DNA of 64,000 nt from the NCBI GenBank assembly GCA_000146045.2, contig BK006945.2, positions 768,001 to 832,000 of the forward strand. Direction: 5' to 3'. The DNA comes from TPA_inf: Saccharomyces. Lineage: Eukaryota. This document shows positions 40,819 to 55,827 of this stretch, piece after piece. Under the pieces are notes generated by a model. That model was given only the letters and a program-made list of their open reading frames with translations. It did no database searches and had not been told where the DNA came from. Each line of letters opens with the position of its first letter. Position 1 is the first letter of the stretch. The position numbers and the translations under genes were made by a program.

Positions 40819-41359
40819 CGCAGCGATAAAACCGCGGCATGCAAACATCTACACAATTAGCAAGGGCAATCCATATTTTGTCTTTTCGCGCCCTGGAAAG
40901 GCCTAAGTAATGTCGTAAACGCATTCTATCTGTACTTCAACTCTCCTCTGTGCATTGGTTTGTGCAAATCACATTTTACGATACTGCCAGATTTATGCAA
41001 AAAGAGAAAACCAAGGGACCAGAACAAAGCAAAATTACGATAAACTTCGAATTCCTTCGTGCTTGACTAAGACAAAGGGATGGACGTAGCGATTTTTAGC
41101 GGGCCAAGAACTGGTTCCGAAAAAGCACAGGTACACCGAACCCTCAGCTAAGGAGGGACAGCACCGATGCGGAAGGACAAACTTTCTTTTTGCCTATCAC
41201 AGTATCTTATCGAGCTAACTATTTTCGACACACATGAAAAAGCAGAAATATTAACGAAAAAGAAAAGAAAGACCATGTCATGTACGGGCAATCAGAATCT
41301 GTAACAAGCGCCATTTTTTTTTCTGTATCGGGCCCTCCTTACTGCTCTCCTTCCGTGTA

Positions 41360-41501
41360 ACGCGTTATGAAACTCTAATCCTACTATCGGCGACTCTCTC
41401 GAAATTTTTCTTAACGCGTCCTTGTACTGCGTCTAACGCTTTTGCCACTTGGATTTCTATTATAGGAAATAGTCTCACTTACTGGGCGACGAATTTTCGC
41501 G
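41360..41501. promoter_or_regulatory. Cluster of MluI cell-cycle boxes / SCB-like elements in the FKS1 promoter (ACGCGT at 41360 and 41414; TTTCGCG at 41495)
   Basis: There are two exact ACGCGT (MCB) cores 54 bp apart, plus a CGCGAAA (reverse) SCB/MCB hybrid. They lie 500-640 bp upstream of the FKS1 ATG. FKS1 is a known G1/S periodic, SBF-dependent gene. Confidence 0.5.
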
Positions 41502-41963
41502 TTTTGATGAAGCACAGGAAGAATTTCTTTTTTTTTTGGCTTCTTCTGGTTCCGTTTTTTACGCGCACAAATCTAAAAAAAGAAATAATTATAACCTAGT
41601 CTCGAAAATTTTCATCGATCCATTCGTTCCTTTTTTTCGATTTTTTCAGATCAAAATTCTTGTTTCTTTCTTTGTCTTAGTTTATATTAAAAGATATTTT
41701 GATTTTACTCCTGAACTATTTATTCTTTCTAAGAAGGCCAGAACACTACAGCTGTTTTAACCGACTACGAAGTTCTCCATTCTCGAACACTAGCCTTCAT
41801 TTACCAAACAGGAACTAGCGTATATCATTAGTCCTTATTCGAAAAGAGATTGGTAGATATTTATTGTAGTTTGTGAGAAGGAGAAAATACTGTCATTGGA
41901 CTGATAGTTAGAGGACATTAACCTCTCTTACGTTCGCTCAAAAAAATTAAAATAAGCAAGTAG

Positions 41964-47627
<5,664 letters not shown>

Positions 47628-47809
47628 TACAATCAATACTTGCTTGAACGCTTGATTTTACTGATATTCTATCCAAAAGCAAGTAGACCAGAAACTCTCA
47701 AGATGTTGCAAATACCGTTCGATGTTTTTGGTTTAGATTGTTTTAATGTTGATGCTTTTTTACTTATTTTTGGAAGCGTCTTTTTAATTTAGTTTTATAT
47801 TATAGGTAT

Positions 47810-47983
47810 ATGAATGTGTTTATGCCAATAAGGGTTTTTTTGTACAGTTATGTGATTATAAACAGTCTTTTGTCTAGTTTTTTTCACCAGTATCGGCCTC
47901 TATTTATAAAAAACGGAGCAGCTTTCGGTGTCAGTAATTCTGAAAAAATTTGTGTCACTCTGATTGTAAATGAATTAATTTAG
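47810..47983 (+). CDS. Small uncharacterised ORF (57 aa; MNVFMPIRVFLYSYVIINSLLSSFFHQYRPLFIKNGAAFGVSNSEKICVTLIVNELI), probably YLR342W-A
   Basis: It is below the 60-aa cutoff of the ORF track. The start coordinate agrees with my recollection of YLR342W-A, just 3' of FKS1. There is no independent coding evidence from sequence alone. Confidence 0.35.
   Translation: MNVFMPIRVFLYSYVIINSLLSSFFHQYRPLFIKNGAAFGVSNSEKICVTLIVNELI
47948..47956 (-). promoter_or_regulatory. Middle sporulation element (GACACAAAT on the minus strand) upstream of GAS2
   Basis: Matches gNCRCAAAW, about 140 bp upstream of the GAS2 ATG. GAS2 is a sporulation-specific (Ndt80-dependent) glucanosyltransferase gene. Confidence 0.45.
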
Positions 47984-48093
47984 CTAGATAGTTGCGAGCC
48001 CCAACGAGAAGATTGTCAGACAAAGACAACATTCAACAACCTACATCCGTTACTATTCGTTAACTCGAGGTACTTGAAACTTTTCAGTTAAGT

Positions 48094-49761
48094 ATGAACA
48101 AGAAACAAAATTTTTACGCAGCCATTATTGTGGCTATTTTTCTTTGTTTGCAATTGTCTCATGGCTCTTCAGGTGTCAGCTTTGAAAAAACCCCTGCTAT
48201 TAAAATTGTAGGAAACAAATTCTTTGACTCTGAGAGTGGGGAACAGTTCTTCATCAAGGGCATTGCTTACCAATTGCAGAGAAGTGAAGAGGAGCTTAGC
48301 AATGCAAATGGGGCTTTTGAGACAAGTTATATTGATGCCTTAGCGGACCCAAAAATATGCTTAAGAGATATTCCATTTTTGAAAATGCTAGGAGTGAACA
48401 CACTGCGTGTTTATGCAATAGATCCGACAAAATCACATGATATATGTATGGAAGCTCTATCTGCCGAAGGAATGTACGTCCTATTAGATCTTTCAGAGCC
48501 TGATATTTCAATAAATAGAGAAAATCCATCTTGGGATGTACATATTTTTGAAAGGTACAAATCTGTAATTGATGCAATGTCATCCTTTCCAAATTTGTTG
48601 GGGTATTTTGCAGGGAATGAAGTGACAAATGACCATACAAATACCTTTGCATCACCCTTCGTGAAGGCCGCAATCCGAGATGCCAAGGAGTATATTTCGC
48701 ATTCTAATCATAGAAAAATCCCTGTCGGCTATTCAACTAATGACGATGCTATGACAAGAGACAATTTAGCAAGGTACTTCGTTTGCGGAGACGTTAAAGC
48801 TGATTTCTATGGGATAAATATGTACGAATGGTGTGGGTATTCCACGTATGGTACTAGTGGATATAGGGAAAGAACGAAAGAATTTGAAGGTTATCCAATT
48901 CCCGTGTTTTTTTCGGAATTCGGCTGCAATCTTGTAAGACCAAGGCCATTCACTGAAGTTAGTGCCCTTTATGGCAATAAAATGTCCTCTGTTTGGTCTG
49001 GTGGCCTTGCATACATGTATTTTGAAGAAGAAAATGAATACGGAGTTGTTAAGATAAATGATAATGATGGAGTGGATATTCTTCCTGATTTCAAGAATTT
49101 GAAGAAAGAATTTGCAAAGGCAGATCCTAAAGGCATTACAGAGGAAGAATACTTAACGGCAAAAGAACCAACTGAAGTAGAAAGTGTTGAATGTCCACAT
49201 ATTGCTGTCGGAGTTTGGGAGGCAAACGAAAAACTACCTGAAACACCTGATAGAAGCAAGTGCGCCTGTTTGGATGAGATTTTGCCCTGTGAAATAGTCC
49301 CTTTTGGTGCTGAATCTGGAAAATATGAAGAATATTTTAGTTATTTGTGCTCTAAGGTTGACTGTTCCGATATTCTTGCAAATGGCAAAACCGGTGAGTA
49401 CGGTGAATTCTCAGATTGTTCTGTCGAACAAAAACTTTCCCTTCAGCTGAGTAAATTGTATTGCAAAATCGGCGCAAATGATCGCCATTGTCCTCTAAAT
49501 GATAAGAACGTTTACTTCAACTTAGAAAGCCTGCAGCCCCTTACAAGCGAGTCGATCTGTAAGAATGTTTTTGATTCTATAAGGAACATCACATACAATC
49601 ATGGCGATTATTCAAAATCAAATCCATCGCGTAGCAAGGAAAGTTTGAACGTAAAGTACCCATCGAGTGAAGAGAGAGAAAATGACGGCACCATCGCATT
49701 TAAAACTTCAGGGTTTGTTATACTTCTAATTTCTATGATAGCTGCTGGAATTCTTCTATAA
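48094..49761 (+). CDS. GAS2: GH72 1,3-beta-glucanosyltransferase Gas2 (555 aa; signal peptide, C-terminal Cys-rich CBM43 (X8) domain, GPI signal)
   Basis: 555 aa. Signal peptide, GH72 catalytic region with conserved Glu (FAGNEV; FFSEFGCN), Cys-rich C-terminal domain and a hydrophobic C-terminus. Confidence 0.93.
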   Translation: MNKKQNFYAAIIVAIFLCLQLSHGSSGVSFEKTPAIKIVGNKFFDSESGEQFFIKGIAYQLQRSEEELSNANGAFETSYIDALADPKICLRDIPFLKMLGVNTLRVYAIDPTKSHDICMEALSAEGMYVLLDLSEPDISINRENPSWDVHIFERYKSVIDAMSSFPNLLGYFAGNEVTNDHTNTFASPFVKAAIRDAKEYISHSNHRKIPVGYSTNDDAMTRDNLARYFVCGDVKADFYGINMYEWCGYSTYGTSGYRERTKEFEGYPIPVFFSEFGCNLVRPRPFTEVSALYGNKMSSVWSGGLAYMYFEEENEYGVVKINDNDGVDILPDFKNLKKEFAKADPKGITEEEYLTAKEPTEVESVECPHIAVGVWEANEKLPETPDRSKCACLDEILPCEIVPFGAESGKYEEYFSYLCSKVDCSDILANGKTGEYGEFSDCSVEQKLSLQLSKLYCKIGANDRHCPLNDKNVYFNLESLQPLTSESICKNVFDSIRNITYNHGDYSKSNPSRSKESLNVKYPSSEERENDGTIAFKTSGFVILLISMIAAGILL

Positions 49762-50072
49762 AAAATTCATTTAATATTCAATGAAGTTATAAATTGATAG
49801 TTTAAATAAAGTCAGTCTTTTTCCTCATGTTTAGAATTGTATTAATGTACGCCGTTTACGTTGGAGTGTAAATGTGTCTATTCCAGAACGAAATCTAAAT
49901 GAGCAGTACAGGCAGTTCAGATGGTACTGAAGCGGTACTAAAGATGCATGAATTGAACAGATGTGGTAGTTATGTATATGAGGAATATGAGTTGTCACAT
50001 TAAAAATATAATAGCTATGATCCCATTATTATATTCGTGACAGTTCGTAACGTTTTAATTGGCTTATGTTTT

Positions 50073-50403
50073 TGAGAAATGGGTGAATTTTAAGATAATT
50101 GTTGGGATTCCATTATTGATAAAGGCTATAATATTAGGTATACAGAATATACTGGAAGTTCTCCTCGAGGATATAGGAATCCTCAAAATGGAATCTATAT
50201 TTCTATTTACTAATATCACGATTATTCTTCATTCCGTTTTATATGTTTCATTATCCTATTACATTATCAATCCTTGCATTTCAGCTTCCTCTAACTTCGA
50301 TGACAGCTTCTCATAACTCATGTCATCATCTAACACCGTATATGATAATATATTGATAGCATAACCATTAGTTGATAGGTGATGGTGGAATTTTATTTCA
50401 ACA
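50073..50403 (-). mobile_element. Solo delta LTR (Ty1/Ty2), reverse orientation, about 330 bp
   Basis: tgagaaatgggtgaattttaagataattgttgggattccattattgataaaggctataatattaggtatacagaatatactggaagttctcctcgaggatataggaatcc... is the reverse complement of the delta consensus 3' end. It ends near ...ggaattttatttcaaca, the reverse complement of TGTTGGAATA. It lies about 200 bp from the tRNA-Arg gene. The ORF 50059..50316 is inside it. Confidence 0.8.
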
Positions 50404-50608
50404 GTTTTATACCTCTCTTATATAAGCACAGGAAGGTCCATATCCACATTTAAACTTGATTAATACTTTTTTTTATACCTTTAACTATCATCATCAATAA
50501 TTTCTTTTCTGAAAGTACGACATCAAAGTCGCCGAGTTTTGTCTTCGGAATAAATACTAGGTCAGATGAATAAAGAGCAGGAATTTACTATCTCTGATAA
50601 TTTATTAT

Positions 50609-50680
50609 GCTCCTCTAGTGCAATGGTTAGCATGCATTCTTCCGGTGGCTGTGATCCGGGTTCGAGTCCCGGGAGGAGCT
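50609..50680 (+). tRNA. tRNA-Arg (CCG), the single-copy tR(CCG)L
   Basis: GCTCCTC-TA-GTGC-AATGGTTA-GCAT-G-CATTC-TTCCGGT-GGCTG-TGAT-CCGGG-TTCGAGT-CCCGG-GAGGAGC-T. It has a 7-bp acceptor stem and A and B boxes. The anticodon loop TT-CCG-GT gives anticodon CCG. A T-rich terminator (ttttaatttttt) follows. The anticodon stem has one U.C mismatch (see findings). Confidence 0.8.
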
Positions 50681-50998
50681 TTTAATTTTTTAGCGCACTA
50701 TTCTAATTTTTAAGGAAAAAGCATATTTCCGAGTCAGTGCATAGAAAGAACGGAGGCTACGATGCCAGCACAGTGTCTATAAAGTCAAGAAATACATTCA
50801 AACTCTTCGCGTAAGGGCTGTCAATTTTTCATTTCCCTCAAAGTTAATGCGCAAGAGTTAGGATGATCTTGATTATTAGTTATTTGTTTGTTCCATCAAT
50901 TATGCCGACGTCCATGAATGCTATTGAAGTATCGATTACTTATGCTATTCTATTGTATTTGAGCCGGCGGCTAGTAAACAAGACAGCATACCTTTCCA

Positions 50999-51010
50999 AC
51001 ATCCGTACAT
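50999..51010 (+). promoter_or_regulatory. Rap1 binding site (ACATCCGTACAT) upstream of RPL26A
   Basis: Near-perfect match to ACAYCCRTACATY, about 300 bp upstream of the RPL26A ATG. Confidence 0.6.
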
Positions 51011-51311
51011 ATTGATTATTGTATCTATGATTTTCATGTAATGTATGGGTTAACTAATCCTTTCTCTTCTTTTTTTTTTTTCTGAAAATCAGTAGCTAGA
51101 GGAACCTGTTCGTGAAAGATATGGAATATTCCGTCTAGGGAAGAGCCGAGAGCTGAGAGCAGTATCCATCGGATGGAATCTTGCCTGGATGCGTAACGAC
51201 GACAGCTTGTCTAGAAGGCGAAGTACAAGATACTAAGAAGACTATAACAACAGAAGACAATTTTGTAGTGCGATTCTATATTATTGACGTAACCAACAAA
51301 AAAGTATCAGA

Positions 51312-52142
51312 ATGGCTAAACAATCATTAGGTATGTGCACAAATGCTAAATCACTGAAACCCTGTAGAGCTGGAATTGAAAATATAGTTTGTACCTTTTG
51401 CCTGAGGGCAGAATGACTCAATGTTATCTTAATTCGATTAGAAAAAGAAGGTGCGTTATCCAAGGTTGAAACTTGTAAACTATTTAGGTGATGTCTCATA
51501 ACTGCAACCACTGGAAAATGACGCAAATATCAAAATAATAGGGAGATAAAGTCTCACGACATGAAAAAATCATAGAATTATTGTTCAATTTATCTAGCCG
51601 TATCTTACCTTATGGAAAAAGTGTGAATATGTTTTTCTAAATCGAGCTTCCCGGAAATTACACTATATTATGCATCCGTGATACATCTGAAATTCAATAC
51701 TTTCTCCAAGGTCCTGCTTACTAAGAGGGTAAGATTTGTTGAAACTCGAAATACTAACATTATTTTCATTATTTTAGACGTTTCCTCCGACAGAAGAAAG
51801 GCTAGAAAGGCTTATTTCACCGCCCCATCCTCCCAACGTCGTGTTTTGCTATCTGCTCCATTATCTAAGGAGTTGAGAGCTCAATACGGTATCAAGGCCT
51901 TGCCAATCAGAAGAGATGATGAAGTTTTGGTTGTTCGTGGTTCCAAGAAGGGTCAAGAAGGTAAGATTTCATCTGTTTACAGATTGAAATTTGCCGTTCA
52001 AGTTGACAAGGTTACCAAGGAAAAGGTCAACGGTGCTTCCGTTCCAATTAACTTGCACCCATCCAAGCTTGTCATTACTAAATTACATTTGGACAAGGAC
52101 AGAAAAGCTTTGATCCAAAGAAAGGGCGGTAAGTTGGAATAA
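51312..52142 (+). CDS. RPL26A: 60S ribosomal protein L26 (127 aa), two exons: 51312..51330 and 51778..52142
   Basis: Exon 1 is atg gct aaa caa tca tta g, followed by GTATGT at 51331. The branchpoint TACTAAC is at 51752..51758 and the 3' splice site TTTTAG ends at 51777. The spliced product [59 protein letters not shown]... is uL24/L26. The ORF-track entry 51678..52142 is exon 2 extended upstream with a GTG start. Confidence 0.93.
51331..51777 (+). other. RPL26A: RPL26A intron (447 nt)
   Basis: Canonical GTATGT / TACTAAC / YAG signals are present. Confidence 0.9.
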
Positions 52143-52510
52143 ATTATGTAATTCCCTGAAAACTTCCTCGAAATTTATTGCACTTTTTTTACTCAAACCA
52201 TTTAATAATCATATGTAAAACGTATAAAATAGTATCCATTCCACTGTACTCAGTGTCTTACGTAAAGGGCTGTATACTGGCACTACCTTTTACTATGGAT
52301 ATGTGCTAGCTTTTTCGGAGAAGAAATGTTCGCCTTACGCTAGAAACCGGGGTTAAGGGGGCGTGAGAATGAATATTGGCAGACAAGAACCGAGATAGAA
52401 TCTTAACACAAAAACAGTTCATCCTACTTCTACGCCTTTATACAGTTATACTGAAAGATCTTTGCATAGGGGCATAGTTTAAAATAAAATATAGGGTTGT
52501 CATAGCAAAC

Positions 52511-54040
52511 ATGCCAAATGTGCTTTCTGATGATGAAGAGCTCCTTAATGGACTAGGAAGTGAGATTATGAAACCCTCTAGACAAGGTAACCATATGGCA
52601 AGGACCGTCAAAAGGTGGGTAAATAAAGAACGTGCTACCACAGCCGATCTGAAAAATGTTAATATTGATGGAGTTCATGGACCGGTAAATACCGAAAGTT
52701 ATATATCACCAGGACAGCTTTACTCCACTGACTCGGGCAATTTATTTCATGCTGGAAGAATCCTTGTCGTTCTAGTCGGTCTTCCAGCAACATCAAAGAC
52801 ACTATTGTCAGTAGCGATTACAAGATATACAAGATGGTTAGGAGTTAGGACGAAATCGTTCCATTTTTCAGAATATAAAGAATCAGCTAAAAATATACCC
52901 TCAGACTATTTTTGCGTAGTGCCAACGTCAAAAGAAGGTGTAGCGTTTGTTGAAAAGCTTCGCATGCAGATGTTGAATGATATACTGGCATTTTTCAACG
53001 ACTTGTCAGGTCAGCTGGCCATTTATGATGCCCTAAACATCCGTAAAATTGACAGAAAGAATTTGGAGACAACGTTTTCTGAAATTGGAGTTAAAGTACT
53101 CTTCATAGAATCAATCGTGTCTGATCAAGAAATCATGAATAGAAACATAGCTCTTGCACTGGAGTCGAACGATTACAAGGGACTTTCAACTGATGAAGCC
53201 ATTGACGAATATATGAGACGTTTATCAGTGAACGAACCATACTATGAAATGATGACACATGACGAAGAATTATCGTACATTAAATATATAAATTTGGGAA
53301 AGCAGATAATTGTGAAAGATAACATACATGGTTATTTGGTCAACAAAATAGTATTTTTCTTAATGAATTTGAGGCAGAAAAAGGGGTGTGTATATTTTGC
53401 TCGCTGTGGCACCAGCGATAAAGACAACTACATACATGATGAGGAACTAAACGAGGAGGGAATCCATTACTCTCAAGTTCTCAAGGATTTTGTCCTCCAA
53501 CGAATTAAACAGAAGAGACAGGCCAAAAAAAATTCGGATTCCTTAGTCGAAGTAATAGATGGAAGTCATGATGAAGATTTGAAGACTTCCTTGATAGTTT
53601 GGACAGGTCCCAGGAAAAGAACCCACGATACTGCACTCTTTTTTTCAAAAGAAGGTATTAAAGTTCAGCAACGGTCAGAGTTGAGACAGTTGAACCCAGG
53701 AAGTATTGCTGATCTTACTGATCAACAGATAATGGACAAATTTCCATCAGAATATAAAGAATCATTAAAAGACCCATATCATTTTCGATTCCCTAGGGCG
53801 GAATCTTACCATGACTTAGCCGTTCGTATGGAACCTTTACTATTAGAAATGGAGCATACGAGCAAGGACATTCTCATCATTGCACATGAGTCAACATTAA
53901 GAGTATTATATGGCTATTTAATGGCTTGCACCTGCGTAGAGTTACCAAATCTAAATTTCACAAGAGACAAATTAGTTGAAATTTCATTCAGCCCTTTCTG
54001 TAATACTGTAGAGTTACTGAACATTCCTTTAACTAGCTAA
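52511..54040 (+). CDS. 6-phosphofructo-2-kinase/fructose-2,6-bisphosphatase-family protein YLR345W (509 aa), with degenerate catalytic motifs
   Basis: 509 aa. The kinase-domain P-loop reads GLPATSKT (family consensus GLPARGKT). The bisphosphatase-domain signature reads ARCGTSDKD where the family has CRHGESE. Length and position fit YLR345W. Confidence 0.85.
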   Translation: MPNVLSDDEELLNGLGSEIMKPSRQGNHMARTVKRWVNKERATTADLKNVNIDGVHGPVNTESYISPGQLYSTDSGNLFHAGRILVVLVGLPATSKTLLSVAITRYTRWLGVRTKSFHFSEYKESAKNIPSDYFCVVPTSKEGVAFVEKLRMQMLNDILAFFNDLSGQLAIYDALNIRKIDRKNLETTFSEIGVKVLFIESIVSDQEIMNRNIALALESNDYKGLSTDEAIDEYMRRLSVNEPYYEMMTHDEELSYIKYINLGKQIIVKDNIHGYLVNKIVFFLMNLRQKKGCVYFARCGTSDKDNYIHDEELNEEGIHYSQVLKDFVLQRIKQKRQAKKNSDSLVEVIDGSHDEDLKTSLIVWTGPRKRTHDTALFFSKEGIKVQQRSELRQLNPGSIADLTDQQIMDKFPSEYKESLKDPYHFRFPRAESYHDLAVRMEPLLLEMEHTSKDILIIAHESTLRVLYGYLMACTCVELPNLNFTRDKLVEISFSPFCNTVELLNIPLTS

Positions 54041-54286
54041 TATACTGGAGTTGCATCGTTGATGTGTATTATCTATATTCAAAATAGTTATTTTTATGTT
54101 TAAGAAAGGATTAAGAACAATTGAAAAAAAATTACCATTAGCAACGAATATTAAATTGTAAATTATTTAGAGATATTTTTCTATAATATGCTCGCCTACC
54201 ATTCTCTTTTATACAATATTTAGGTTTTACCTGGAGGCTAAAATGATATGAGGGGACGATAGCTTAACATGATTGTGACACAAACT

Positions 54287-54592
54287 TTAAAAAAGGCTTT
54301 CAGTTGAAGAGTTTTCTTCCGCTATAGTCTCCAATGCTATCTTACTTTTCTTATTACGTTTATGTCTACCTTTCATATCATTTCTTGTAAGCAACTCCTG
54401 CATTTCCGCTTCCTGGGCAGCCTTGAGTAAATCATATCTGGTAATTTTATCAGGTTTATTGCTCACATATCTGCCTGAACCAACAACGTTGATATATTTC
54501 CATGGACATGCTACCCACTCTGCAATAGTGGAAGCTGAATTGATTGTGTTTTTTGAAACTAACCCGATGGGACAATTACTGATCGATTGCAT
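54287..54592 (-). CDS. CIS1: Small protein YLR346C / Cis1 (101 aa)
   Basis: 101-aa ORF. The position and the PDRE-containing promoter fit YLR346C. Confidence 0.8.
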   Translation of the reverse strand: MQSISNCPIGLVSKNTINSASTIAEWVACPWKYINVVGSGRYVSNKPDKITRYDLLKAAQEAEMQELLTRNDMKGRHKRNKKSKIALETIAEENSSTESLF

Positions 54593-54827
54593 TATTAAAG
54601 GTGATAAATAATCCTTTGTTATTTGTGCCCCTTAAAATTCATATACACTTTATGTTTAATTCGACAGGTATAACAGAAAGAAACAAGGAAAACAATGCAA
54701 TTAATCATTAACTGCACCAACTTTTATATGAATATATTGTGCTACATGTCTTAATTAGTCCTCTGTGAATGAGCATCACAAAGAATCACGAGGAAAAGAT
54801 TGATTACTTAATATTGATAGGAATCAG

Positions 54828-54835
54828 CCGCGGAA
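54828..54835. promoter_or_regulatory. PDRE-like element (gCCGCGGAA) upstream of CIS1
   Basis: CCGCGGAAAT lies about 236 bp upstream of the CIS1 ATG. The same 10-mer recurs at 54911. Confidence 0.45.
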
Positions 54836-54909
54836 ATGGAAATCTTGGTAATATAATTTTAATGCGGCACGCTGAAAATTGATGGCGGCCTGCTAGGAGC
54901 CCTATTGAT

Positions 54910-54917
54910 TCCGCGGA
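54910..54917. promoter_or_regulatory. Perfect PDRE (TCCGCGGA; Pdr1/Pdr3 site) upstream of CIS1
   Basis: attTCCGCGGAAat lies about 318 bp upstream of the CIS1 ATG. The consensus PDRE is TCCGCGGA. Confidence 0.55.
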
Positions 54918-55381
54918 AATAGGCGGATTATTACAAACGTTGAGCATTCAGCAGGTGCGGCTGTGCCTTTTCACTTTCAGCTAAGATGTTTGCAAGCAAG
55001 AATTAACAGATAAGCCGCTTCGCTAGTAACGCAACTCATTGTGTTTTTAATGGAAGCTAAGGATGGTTGAAATTATGGGTACCCTGAGATAAGATTATTA
55101 ACTATGATGTAAGTATTAATCATTATAATAAGGGGTACCTGCTCATTCGCATTACCATACATTGACTATTAACGAGCAGAAAGTTTTTGGAAGTTTTGCA
55201 GATGAAGTGCATGTTTGATAATTTGAATATGCGGATTTCCTTATTCAAAACTTTCTTTATGCATAGAGCTAATTAGGTTTGAGTTAAGGAAAAAAATCTA
55301 TCATAAGTGTCTTGAGGTATTTACTATAATGTATACGGGAAATATTAGGTGTGATAGGCTCTAGGAACGAATATTAATATT

Positions 55382-55390
55382 GGGGGGGGG
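55382..55390. repeat. G9 homopolymer
   Basis: Read directly (tGGGGGGGGGaaac). It is intergenic, lying between CIS1 and KAP95. Confidence 0.9.
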
Positions 55391-55440
55391 AAACTGGAAT
55401 GAAATTAAACAAAAGCAAAAAAATCTAAAAGAAGAAAAAA

Positions 55441-55442
<2 letters not shown>

Positions 55443-55506
<64 letters not shown>
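55443..55506. repeat. (GA)32 dinucleotide microsatellite
   Basis: A 64-bp uninterrupted GA tract read directly. It is intergenic, on the CIS1 promoter side and downstream of KAP95. Confidence 0.95.
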
Positions 55507-55509
<3 letters not shown>

Positions 55510-55827
55510 GGGTTATTGATAATATAATATAATAATAAAAGAGAAGATAGTAGAAAAGGAAGAAAGAAAAAAAAAAATTAAGATGTACTTTAATAAAAAG
55601 AGGGAAATTCTAAAAAGTGCGACTGGAATTAGAAGAATGCAGGTATTTTGTTTTCTCTCCTATGACGGAGAAGGTAACAAAATCATAAAGGTAAAATAAC
55701 AAATTAATTATGATCAAAGAGAAATGCCCTTTGTAAACCGTGGTTTGTAAATGCGTTGGTAACTGCAGCAGATGTTAAGAAACAAAGATGGAAAAGAACC
55801 AAAATCAGCTTGTAAGTTCTATCGTAA

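Noticed and set aside
51678-52142. ORF-track 154-aa ORF presented as a single-exon gene
   Set aside because: It starts with GTG inside the RPL26A intron. The real product is the spliced 127-aa L26, with a 19-nt first exon at 51312..51330.
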